Assembly (NCBI GenBank): GCA_964437665.1 | Contig: CAYTHS010000004.1 | Coordinates: 1 to 58,736, forward strand | From: an uncultured Oscillospiraceae bacterium | GTDB taxonomy: Bacteria > Bacillota > Clostridia > Christensenellales > CAG-138 | Reading direction: 5' to 3' | DNA length: 58,736 nt | Shown here: positions 9,040 to 17,531 of the stretch, one piece after another | Layout: each line of letters opens with the position of its first letter | Position numbering within the stretch: the stretch's first letter is position 1 | Notes under the pieces: model-generated | The model's input: the letters and a program-made list of their open reading frames with translations, nothing else | Database searches by the model: none | Told to the model about the DNA's origin: nothing | Position numbers and translations under genes: made by a program

Positions 9040-10761
9040 TTACGCCTCCTTTCGGGCCGCTGTGAAGCAGTTGTAAAATTCATTCACGGAAACGACGTTG
9101 TCCGGCATATACGGCAGCGCCTGTGCAATTTTCATTACGTCCGTTGGTTCGACATAAGCGGTTTTCAGGACGTCTGTTTTTGTGAAAACGTCCCGCGGCG
9201 CGCCGTCGAGCAGGATATTTCCGTTGCACATGACGACCACACGGCTGCAGTAGCGGTTCACGATCTCCATATTGTGCGTGATGATCAAAATCGTCTTGCC
9301 GCGTTCGTTGAGTTTTTTAAGCAAGTCCATGATCCAGAGCGTCTCGCGCCAGTCCTGACCGGTAGTCGGTTCGTCCACGATGACGACCTCCGGGTCCATT
9401 GTGATGATCGCGCCCATGCTCAGACGCTGACGTTCACCCTTTGAAAGGTATTTCGGCCAGGTGTTTTTGTAGCGTTCCAGTCCGACTTCGCAAAGGACTT
9501 CGGCGACCAGCGGGTCCGCGTCCGCACGGGGACGACCGAGATTGTCCGGCCCGAAATACAGTTCGTCGAGCACGCTGTCGGTGAAGATCTGTTCGTCCGG
9601 GTTCTGAAACACGTAACCGACGTCTGCGGAAAGCTCTGCTACTGTCCTGTCCACGATTTCATTTCCGCAGACGAGAATTCTGCCGGACTGCGGTTTCAAA
9701 AGACCGATGATGCTGCGCATAAGCGTCGTTTTACCCGCGCCGTTCTGTCCGATGACCGCTGCGAAATCGCCCTTGCGAAACGTAACGGAAACATCTTCTA
9801 GCTGGTTGGTCCCGCCGAGGTAACTGAACGCGAGGTGTTCCGCTTCGATGACCGGGTCCGCCGGAGAGGCCGGCTGATCCGCCGCGGGGGTGAACGTACG
9901 GGGCGTGTCCGGCATACCGGGCAGCGCAGAAAGCGTTTTGATCAGCGCGTCGGTCGAAAGAGGCACGCTGCCGATTACGCCGTCGCGCACGAGAAGATTC
10001 CCGATTTCGACGGACTGCGGCACGTTCATGCCCAACCCGGAAAGGCGCTCCGTCTGGGCGAAGACCTCCTCCGTCGTACCGCAGAGTACGATTCTCCCGT
10101 GGTCCATGACGCACACACGGTCGGCGTATTTCGCGACATGACTCATCTCGTGTTCGACAAGGACGATGGTGACGCCGTAGACCTTGTTGATGTCCTTAAT
10201 GATGGAAAACACGTTCTGCTTTCCCCAGGGGTCGAGCATGGACGTCGGTTCGTCGAATATGATGACCTCCGGCAGCATGGCGTACACACCGCCGATGGCC
10301 ACGGACTGCTTCTGCCCGCCGGAAAGCTCCTGCGGCTTGCGCTCGCGCAACGATTCGATGTTCAGGTCCTTTAGTGCTTTTCCAATGCGGCGCATGCATT
10401 CCGCGTAATCAAAGCCGAGGTTGCTCGGACCGAAGACGATGTCCTCCTCGACCGTCATGCCGAAGAGCTGCGCGTCTGCGTCCTGGAATACGAGACCGAC
10501 GCGTGGCGCCATCTCGTAGACCGGGTGCTTGCGCGTATCCAGCCCGGCGATGTTGACGCTGCCGGTCATAACGCCTTTGGTGAAATGCGGGACGATGCCA
10601 TTGAGACACTGGCAGAGGGTGCTTTTGCCCGCACCCGTCGGCCCGGTGACGACGAGGAACTCGCCCTTGTATACGTCGAGCCGGATATCGGCAATCGCCC
10701 GGCGGCGGCTGCCTTCGTACACGAAGTTTACGTTTTCAATTTTGATAATCGGTTCCGGCAT
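9040..10761 (-). CDS. ECF transporter fused double ATPase (A-A')
   Basis: Two ABC domains: GPTGAGKST/LSGGQKQ/DEPTS and GQNGAGKTT/LSKGERQ/DEPTTG. FQDAD and FQNPD Q-loops typical of EcfA. Confidence 0.92.
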   Translation of the reverse strand: MPEPIIKIENVNFVYEGSRRRAIADIRLDVYKGEFLVVTGPTGAGKSTLCQCLNGIVPHFTKGVMTGSVNIAGLDTRKHPVYEMAPRVGLVFQDADAQLFGMTVEEDIVFGPSNLGFDYAECMRRIGKALKDLNIESLRERKPQELSGGQKQSVAIGGVYAMLPEVIIFDEPTSMLDPWGKQNVFSIIKDINKVYGVTIVLVEHEMSHVAKYADRVCVMDHGRIVLCGTTEEVFAQTERLSGLGMNVPQSVEIGNLLVRDGVIGSVPLSTDALIKTLSALPGMPDTPRTFTPAADQPASPADPVIEAEHLAFSYLGGTNQLEDVSVTFRKGDFAAVIGQNGAGKTTLMRSIIGLLKPQSGRILVCGNEIVDRTVAELSADVGYVFQNPDEQIFTDSVLDELYFGPDNLGRPRADADPLVAEVLCEVGLERYKNTWPKYLSKGERQRLSMGAIITMDPEVVIVDEPTTGQDWRETLWIMDLLKKLNERGKTILIITHNMEIVNRYCSRVVVMCNGNILLDGAPRDVFTKTDVLKTAYVEPTDVMKIAQALPYMPDNVVSVNEFYNCFTAARKEA

Positions 10762-10766
10762 AACGC

Positions 10767-11777
10767 TTACGCCTCCTTTCCAGCGGAGCCGCGCGCTTTT
10801 GCGGCGGCTTTCATACGACGTATCAGTCCCCAGATAGCAAGGAGGAGGCCCAGCAGGCCGACCCAGTAGGTCCTGACGAATGTAAGGAACTCTGCAAACG
10901 ATGCAAATGCGACGTCCGGGCCCTTCTTCGTGCGGAGCAGCTTGTAGAAGATGAAAATGACCTGAAAGAGGACCATAGAACCGCCGAAAAAGAGCATGAA
11001 CGCTCCCTTGGGCGCTTTACGGGCTTGTTTTTCGCGGTACTGCGCTTTGAGCGCCGCGCCGGGATTGTCCTTTGCGTCCTGTTCGAGCATGGCGCTTACG
11101 ATACGCAGTTCTTCTTCGTCAACGGGTTCTTCATAGCGCCTGCGGGTCTGCGCGGCGGTAATCGCCGCGTACGCAAACGCCGCGAGCATGCAGTTCGCAT
11201 AAGAACCGAGCACCTGCTGAACGATGGTCGCCGCAAGCATGCCCCAGCCCATCATCAGCGGCCAGGGCGCGACGCAAAGGGTGTTAACGAACGTGCCGAC
11301 GATGATACCGGGAATTCTGCCAAACTTCTTGGTTGCGACGCCGAAGCTTGTGACAGCCAGAGCCATTGTGATCATGTAATAGGGCGCGAGCGGCGCCCAG
11401 CCGGAAAAGCCGCTCATGAGTTCCGAGAAGAACGCGCCGAACGCAGCAACGACCGCGCCGATCTGCCAGCCGAAAATCAGCGTTCCGAAGTAACCTGCCA
11501 GCGAGTCGAAGCGGATGCTGGTTGCGCCGGGCAGCGTGATAAGCCCGCCTGCGGCCGACAGCGCGGTGAGGATGGCGATGCGCGCAATGGTTCGGCTGCT
11601 CCAGCCGTCCTCCGCTACGGACGAAGGCAGGTGCTTGTTCCACCACAGGCCGAGGATGACCAGAAGGACGATATAAACCAGCGCGAACAGATACGAAACT
11701 GCCGCGCCTTTCGCGGTCATGCCGAGAGGCTTGAGCTTTTCAAGGACGTTCGGCACGACCAGCCAGATGTCGAGCAT
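10767..11777 (-). CDS. ECF transporter S component with extra N- and C-terminal membrane segments
   Basis: Core IARIAILTALSAAGG..LP...IRFDSLAGYFGTLIFG..IGAVVAAFG is typical of S components. Adjacent to A-A' and T. RBS AAAGGAGG before ATG at 11777. 336 aa. Confidence 0.75.
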   Translation of the reverse strand: MLDIWLVVPNVLEKLKPLGMTAKGAAVSYLFALVYIVLLVILGLWWNKHLPSSVAEDGWSSRTIARIAILTALSAAGGLITLPGATSIRFDSLAGYFGTLIFGWQIGAVVAAFGAFFSELMSGFSGWAPLAPYYMITMALAVTSFGVATKKFGRIPGIIVGTFVNTLCVAPWPLMMGWGMLAATIVQQVLGSYANCMLAAFAYAAITAAQTRRRYEEPVDEEELRIVSAMLEQDAKDNPGAALKAQYREKQARKAPKGAFMLFFGGSMVLFQVIFIFYKLLRTKKGPDVAFASFAEFLTFVRTYWVGLLGLLLAIWGLIRRMKAAAKARGSAGKEA

Positions 11778-12080
11778 GGTACGGGTCCCTCCTTTATGCA
11801 AACGATGTCTTTTCTTTTTGCCGTTCCCCCTCAACGCCGAGGAGCCGGAGAACCGGAGTGCGGAAGAGTCGGGTTTATCGGGCCGGGGGCCTTTGTTTTC
11901 CGCTTTCCGGACGCCAAGCGGCAGAGAAAGCTGTTTGAATCGGCCGGCATGCCCGTGGGACGGGGAGGCCTCCCTGCGTTTTTGCGGGGAGCTGGTTCGA
12001 CGTGCTGAGAAGCTCTGCCGGACGGGGCTGGAAAAGTTGCTGTAAAACGGTCTTCCGATTCGGCGGAGATACCCGCGATA

Positions 12081-12545
12081 TCAAGGCTCGCGTTCCGCCG
12101 CGTCCAGCACGGCTTCGATCATTTGTTCGTAACCTGTGCAGCGGCATAGGTTACCTGAAATGGCCACCTTGACCTCCTCGCGCGACGGGTGCGGGTTTTT
12201 GTCCAACAGCGCCTTTGCGCTCATGAGGAAGCCCGGCGTACAGAAACCGCACTGCAGCGCATGGTGATCGAGCACGGCCTGCTGCAGCCGGTCGAGCCTT
12301 CCGTCGTGCGCGAGACCTTCGACCGTCGTGACGCTTTTGCCCATGACGCGCATGGCCGGCATGAGGCAGGAGACCACCGCGTCCCCGTCGACGATGACCG
12401 TGCATGCGCCGCATTCGCCCACGCCGCAGCCTTCCTTGGTACCGGTCAGGCCCAGCGAATCACGGATTACGTCCACGAGCCTCGCACTGTCCTCAACTTC
12501 GACGCAGACGGGTTGCCCGTTCAGTGTAAATTTCAGTTCGCTCAT
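12081..12545 (-). CDS. (2Fe-2S)-binding subunit (XdhC/CoxS-like)
   Basis: GTKEGCGVGECGAC, QCGFCTPG, GNLCRCTGY. Confidence 0.92.
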   Translation of the reverse strand: MSELKFTLNGQPVCVEVEDSARLVDVIRDSLGLTGTKEGCGVGECGACTVIVDGDAVVSCLMPAMRVMGKSVTTVEGLAHDGRLDRLQQAVLDHHALQCGFCTPGFLMSAKALLDKNPHPSREEVKVAISGNLCRCTGYEQMIEAVLDAAEREP

Positions 12546-13417
12546 GCTTCCTCCTCCGTAACGCCCGCAGCGATGCAAAGCGCGCGGCTGACAACCGCCG
12601 AAAGCGCGGGATACTTGTATTCGGTTGACCAGCGTACGCCGGTGATTTTTATCATTTCCTCCGAAACGGCCTTACCGCAGCGCTCAAAAAGCTTTTCCGA
12701 CGGAGCGCATCCGAGCAGGAGTTGTTCCGCAGAAGAAACCCGGCGCGGAGACGCGAACACGCAGCCGGGGGAGATGCGCGCGTCCGCGATTTTGCCGTTT
12801 TCGAACCGGAGCGCCACGGCGGCGTTTATTCGTGAGATGGCGAGCGCTTTCCGGCGGCCGAGCTTGACGAACACGGTGCGCCAGGCGGTCAGCGGCCTGA
12901 ATGCAAGCCGGACAAGCAATTCGTCGGGATGGATTGCGGTTTTGCCTGCGCCCGTTACGAATTCCGTAAGCGGCAGTTCGCGGGTACCGGAAACGCTTTG
13001 CAGCGTGACGCATGCGTCCAGAGCGGCGAGCGGTGAGAGCGTGTCCGCGGCGACAGCCGCGTTGCAGATGTTGCCGCCGATGGTTGCAACGTTACGTATC
13101 TGCTGCGCGCCGACGCTGAAGCAAGCCTGCGCGAGCATGTCCGCCGCCGCATGCACGAGCGGGGAGCGCGAAACGGCGTCATGCGTAGCCATGGAGCCGA
13201 TACGGACAAGTCCGTTTTCCTCTGAAATGTCGGTTAGTTCGTCGACGCGCGCCAGATCAAGCGCGAAATCCATGCCGGGGAACGCTTGCAATTCGTTGCG
13301 CAGTTCGATCATCAAATCCGTACCACCCGCGAGTGGACGGATATGTCCCGCATGTTCATGCATGGCCGCGAGCGCTTCACCGAGTGTTTTCGGAGAGAGG
13401 TATGAAAAGCGTTGCAT
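12542..13417 (-). CDS. FAD-binding subunit (XdhB/CoxM-like)
   Basis: PLAGGTDL, QIRNVATIGGNICNAAVAAD, KLGRRKALAIS. Start refined to ATG at 13417. Confidence 0.92.
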   Translation of the reverse strand: MQRFSYLSPKTLGEALAAMHEHAGHIRPLAGGTDLMIELRNELQAFPGMDFALDLARVDELTDISEENGLVRIGSMATHDAVSRSPLVHAAADMLAQACFSVGAQQIRNVATIGGNICNAAVAADTLSPLAALDACVTLQSVSGTRELPLTEFVTGAGKTAIHPDELLVRLAFRPLTAWRTVFVKLGRRKALAISRINAAVALRFENGKIADARISPGCVFASPRRVSSAEQLLLGCAPSEKLFERCGKAVSEEMIKITGVRWSTEYKYPALSAVVSRALCIAAGVTEEEA

Positions 13418-13434
13418 GTGAAAAAAAGCGCCTC

Positions 13435-15756
13435 CTACCATAGTTTTTTGCCGAGCAGCACGTTTTCGAGTCCCGCCGGATTGCAGCGCACGCGCCTTCC
13501 GGTCGCGTTGGCGACCGCATTGGCGACGGCGGCTGCCACGCACTCCATAGCGGGTTCGCCGACGCTCTTTGCGCCGTATGTGCCGCTGGGGTCGTCGCAC
13601 TCGAAGATATTAATCTTGATTTCCGGCATGTCCATAGCCGTCGGAATCAGGTATTCGTCGAGGTTTTGCGTTTTGACGAGACCGTTCTTCGTGACGACTT
13701 CCTCCATGGTGCCGTAGCCTTGCCCCATGAGCACGCCGCCGTAAATCTGCCCCTTGACCTGCGCGGGATTGATGGCCGTGCCCGCATCGTGGCTGCTGGT
13801 GACGCGCGCAACGCGCACTTCACCGGTTCCCGTGTCCACCTCGACTTCGGCGACCACACAGGCGTAGGAATATGTGGGGAACGCTTTGCCCTGCTGGGTA
13901 TCGTGGTCCTGTACGCAGGGCGGCGGCGTGAACCACTCGTAAGCGGAAAGGCACATGCCGCGCCAGAGGCCCGCACCCGCGACGTCCGCCAGGGAAATGC
14001 GGTAGCTTGGGTAGCCTGGGTCAAAAAAGAATCCGTCCCGCAAGATCAGATCGTCCGCCGATCGGTCGTGCCCGCAGCCGCCTTTTCCAGCGGTGAAATG
14101 GCCGAGGTCGACCGCGTTCTGCCTTAAAACCCGGTTGAGCTTGTCGCCCGCTTTTTTAACCGGCTGTGCGCCCATGACCGTTCCGCGCGAAGCGACGGTC
14201 ATACCGCTGTCCGGGATGCAGTGCGTGTCCGTGCCGTAAAATTGGACGCTTTCAAACGGTACGCCGAGCGCCTCCGCGGCGATTTGGCAGTAAACGGTCT
14301 TGAGCCCTTGCCCGTTTTCTGCAAGACCAGAGTGCAGCAAAACGGAGCCGTCCTCGTTGACGATGATAAACGCGCCCGCCGCGTCCGGAGATTCCGCGCC
14401 GTATCCGCAGCCGCGGTGAGATATTGCCATGCCGACGCCGCGGCGGTACCGGCCGGTCTGTTTTTGATAGCGCGCGTGCTTTGCCGCATAGTCCGTCTGT
14501 TTGGCCGTGTAGTCTATCATTTCCGGCAGAACGACATGCTCGACCGCCGAGCCGGTTGCTACGTGAGAACCGTTTCTGAGGCAGTTGACGCGGCGCATCT
14601 CCAGCGGGGTGAGGCCGGCTTCTTCGGCGAGCTCTTCGATGAACTGTTCCTGCGCATAGATCAACTCCGGGCTGGAGTAACCGCGAAACGCCCCGGAATG
14701 GATATTGTTGGTGAACACGCCGAAGGTTTCCGCTTCGACGTTCGGGATGTCGTACGCACCCGCGCAGTGCGCCGTTGCGCGCCAGTTCATGAACTGTGTC
14801 TGGTTGTTATAAGCGCCTGAATTGTCGATCTGCGAGGCTTTCCATGCGACAATGCGCCCGTCTTTTTTAAGTCCGGCTTTATAGGTGAACAGAAACGGAT
14901 GGCGTTTGCTGCTTTCGAGCAGCGATTCTTCGCGTGAAAAGACCATTTTGACCGGGCGGTGCAGCAGGCGGCAGAGGTATGCGCAGCGTGCCGCAAGCAA
15001 CCCCACACCTTCCTCTTTGCCTCCGAACGTGCCGCCGAGCGTTTCCTGAATCAGGCGCACGCGGTTGAAAGGGATTTGCAAAATATCCGCAATGTAGCGC
15101 CGCGTGAAAAATGGATTCTGCGAGGAGGAGTGAACGGTCATTTCTCCGTTAGAAGGATTTTCGACGGCGACCGCCGCCTCCGGTTCGATATAGGCGTGCT
15201 CAACATACTGAGTTTCGTAGGTGCGTTCGACAATCAGGTCGGCTTCCGCAAACCCTTGCTCCGCATCGCCCTTTTTCAGCGTGTAGCGGGATTGTGTGAA
15301 GATGTTACCCGGATATTCCTCGTGCACGAGCGGTGCGCCGGGCGCCATTGCTTCGCGCACGCCGAACACGGCGGGGAGTTCTTCGTATTCCACCCGGATA
15401 TGCTTTTTCGCCGCCTCGGCCTGTTCCTTTGTTTCGGCGGCGATTAGAGCGACCACGTCGCCGACGTAGCGGATACGGTCGGTCAGATAACGGTACGTGG
15501 CCCAACTCTTCGTTTTCGGCATTTCGGCAGCGGTGACGACTGCCAGCACGCCCGCCTGCTTACGCGCCTCAGACGCGTCGATCGAGAGAATGCGCGCACT
15601 GACCACGCCGTCGAGCCGGAGCATCGCGCCGTGCGCCATGTGTGGGTACGATACGTCCGCGGCATAGTTTGCGCGGCCCGTCACTTTGTCGGGACCGTCG
15701 ATGCGAGGCGCCGAATGATTGACGATATGGAACTGTTTTTTACCGTACAAAGGCAT
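13435..15756 (-). CDS. Xanthine dehydrogenase family molybdopterin-binding subunit (copy 1)
   Basis: KVTGRANYAAD, HAYIEPE, LGGTFGGK, AFRGYSSP, ENGQG, GAKSVGEP. Confidence 0.92.
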   Translation of the reverse strand: MPLYGKKQFHIVNHSAPRIDGPDKVTGRANYAADVSYPHMAHGAMLRLDGVVSARILSIDASEARKQAGVLAVVTAAEMPKTKSWATYRYLTDRIRYVGDVVALIAAETKEQAEAAKKHIRVEYEELPAVFGVREAMAPGAPLVHEEYPGNIFTQSRYTLKKGDAEQGFAEADLIVERTYETQYVEHAYIEPEAAVAVENPSNGEMTVHSSSQNPFFTRRYIADILQIPFNRVRLIQETLGGTFGGKEEGVGLLAARCAYLCRLLHRPVKMVFSREESLLESSKRHPFLFTYKAGLKKDGRIVAWKASQIDNSGAYNNQTQFMNWRATAHCAGAYDIPNVEAETFGVFTNNIHSGAFRGYSSPELIYAQEQFIEELAEEAGLTPLEMRRVNCLRNGSHVATGSAVEHVVLPEMIDYTAKQTDYAAKHARYQKQTGRYRRGVGMAISHRGCGYGAESPDAAGAFIIVNEDGSVLLHSGLAENGQGLKTVYCQIAAEALGVPFESVQFYGTDTHCIPDSGMTVASRGTVMGAQPVKKAGDKLNRVLRQNAVDLGHFTAGKGGCGHDRSADDLILRDGFFFDPGYPSYRISLADVAGAGLWRGMCLSAYEWFTPPPCVQDHDTQQGKAFPTYSYACVVAEVEVDTGTGEVRVARVTSSHDAGTAINPAQVKGQIYGGVLMGQGYGTMEEVVTKNGLVKTQNLDEYLIPTAMDMPEIKINIFECDDPSGTYGAKSVGEPAMECVAAAVANAVANATGRRVRCNPAGLENVLLGKKLW

Positions 15757-15814
15757 GAAATAACCACCTTTACCGAACTGGTGCTTGTGCAAAAGACCTG
15801 TATGCTATACACAG

Positions 15815-15843
15815 ATTATAAGAAACCATTTTTTTCAAATCAA
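15815..15843 (-). promoter_or_regulatory. sigma70-type promoter for the xdh-ECF-pfkB-M20-xdh operon
   Basis: TTGATT-N17-TATAAT on the minus strand, about 60 nt upstream of the Mo-subunit start. Confidence 0.65.
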
Positions 15844-15880
15844 CTGAAAAGCGCCTGAAAACGGCGGTTTAACGGCTATA

Positions 15881-15894
15881 CGCACATATGTGCG
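15881..15894. promoter_or_regulatory. Palindromic candidate operator CGCACATATGTGCG
   Basis: Perfect 14-bp palindrome between divergent promoters. The same GCACA-N2-TGTGC core recurs at 35218-35229. Confidence 0.5.
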
Positions 15895-15945
15895 AGTATG
15901 TTTTGCAATTATGTCCGGATAATGAAAATAGATTATAATTAATAC

Positions 15946-17325
15946 ATGGGGTATAACGATATGGCAAGAAACACGGTTTTCATCAAAGGCGCGCGCATGG
16001 CGGCGGAAAACGGCGGGGAACAGATCTGCAGCCTGTTGCTTGCGGACGGCAAGATTGCCGCCATAGGAACAGACGAAGCGCCGGAGGGTGCGGAAACGTT
16101 CGACGCGACGGGATTGGTCGCGCTGCCGGGCGCGGTGGATTCCCACGTGCATTTCTTTATGCAGGCGGCGAACGGGAAAAGGAATGCGGACGATTTTTAC
16201 GCCGGTTCGAAAGGCGCCGTCTGCGGCGGTACGACGAGCATTGTCGATTTTGCGAGTCCCGTTCCTGGCGGAAGCTGGACGGACGGCGTGAACACCCGCC
16301 GCGCGGAAGCGGACGGGAACGTGTTTTGCGACTACGGGCTGCATATGGAGGTCACGGGCGCGTTTGAACAGGATATTTCAAGACTCGGCGAACTGCTCGA
16401 CGCGGGCGTACGCGTATTGAAGATCTACACGACCTACGGCGCGGACCGTTATCCGCGTAAAAAACTGCACGCGCTGTTTGCCGAGGCAAAGCGTCTGGGG
16501 ATGCCGGTCCTGGCGCACTGCGAAGACGACGAAATCATCCAGAAAACGAAACGACGCATGTGCAGGGAAGGCCGGATTGCGGCGGCGCTGCACGGGGTCA
16601 GCCGTCCGGCGGCTGCGGAGATTGCCGCAGTGCAAGAACTGATTGCGCTTTCGGAACAGACGGGCGCGGAATTGATCGTCGCGCACGTTTCCGTGGGCGA
16701 AGCGGGACTGTTGATTGCCTCGGCGAGAAAGCGCGGCGTACCGGTCCATGCGGAAACCTGCCCGCACTACCTTCTGCTCGACGAAAACCGCTATGCGGGG
16801 AAAGAGCCGCAGCGCTGGATTATGACCCCGCCGCTGCGGTCGAAGCGCGACGGCGAAATTCTCTGGGGACTGCTCGAAAGCGGCGATATCGGTATGGTTT
16901 CCACCGACCACTGCCCGTTTGCGCTTGCGCAAAAGCTCGCTGAGCCGACGTGTTTCGGCGCGATTCCCGGTGTAGGCGGGTGTGAAAACATGGTGTCGCT
17001 GCTCTTTTCGGAAGGGTATCAAAAAGGCCGGCTCACGCTGTCACAGCTTTGCAGAAGGCTGTCGGGCGAAGCGGCGCGGCGGTACGGACTATCCCCGCAA
17101 AAGGGAGGACTTACCGCCGGTTCGGACGCGGACGTGGTGCTGATTGACCCCGGCGCGCCGCGGGTTCTGCGCGCGCAAAGCGAGCACGGCAACGCGGGAT
17201 ACTCTATTTGGGAGGGGTTTCCGGTCGGCTGTTCGGTGCGGTATGTATTTTTGCGCGGGGAGCTCGCCGCCAGGGACGGCGAACCAGCCGGTGTGGCGCG
17301 GGGTATGTTTTTGCACAAAAAATAA
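15946..17325 (+). CDS. hydA: Dihydropyrimidinase / D-hydantoinase family cyclic amidohydrolase
   Basis: PGAVDSHVHF, GGTTSIVDF, KIYTTY, AHCED, HVS, ETCPHYL, MTPPLRS, STDHCPF, PGVGG.E. Start is either 15946 or 15961. Confidence 0.88.
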   Translation: MGYNDMARNTVFIKGARMAAENGGEQICSLLLADGKIAAIGTDEAPEGAETFDATGLVALPGAVDSHVHFFMQAANGKRNADDFYAGSKGAVCGGTTSIVDFASPVPGGSWTDGVNTRRAEADGNVFCDYGLHMEVTGAFEQDISRLGELLDAGVRVLKIYTTYGADRYPRKKLHALFAEAKRLGMPVLAHCEDDEIIQKTKRRMCREGRIAAALHGVSRPAAAEIAAVQELIALSEQTGAELIVAHVSVGEAGLLIASARKRGVPVHAETCPHYLLLDENRYAGKEPQRWIMTPPLRSKRDGEILWGLLESGDIGMVSTDHCPFALAQKLAEPTCFGAIPGVGGCENMVSLLFSEGYQKGRLTLSQLCRRLSGEAARRYGLSPQKGGLTAGSDADVVLIDPGAPRVLRAQSEHGNAGYSIWEGFPVGCSVRYVFLRGELAARDGEPAGVARGMFLHKK

Positions 17326-17337
17326 AAAACGTTTCCG

Positions 17338-17500
17338 GTGCACAGCCCCGGATTGAGATGGGACTGTACACCTAGAACCAATAAAATCAACGCGGGCCCA
17401 ACCCCCGCACTTCTCCCACGGGATTTTCCCTTGGGAGTTCCACAATGATACACTGGGTCCGAGGCGAGGGCTGAACGGTCCGCGGCGGGAGTCTGTGAAC
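17338..17500 (+). ncRNA. ssrS: 6S RNA-like rod-shaped RNA
   Basis: Nested pairings read by eye: cacag/ctgtg closing stem, ggactgt/acggtcc, an A-rich unpaired central strand (ACACCTAGAACCAATAAAATC), gggccca/tgggtcc, and a terminal hairpin ctcccacggga-ttt-tcccttgggag. The ACACCTnGAACCAATA...GGGCCCAAC segment resembles clostridial 6S RNAs as I recall them; not verified with a covariance model. Confidence 0.55.
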
Positions 17501-17531
17501 GTTGCATCAAAAGGGTCTTCGTTTGGTTGTG

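Noticed and set aside
17296-17315. Possible sigma54 promoter (GG-N10-GC, GGGGTATGTTTTTGCA) for the 6S-like RNA
   Set aside because: Poor -24 context, it lies inside the hydA coding end, and the predicted start does not match the RNA closing stem.
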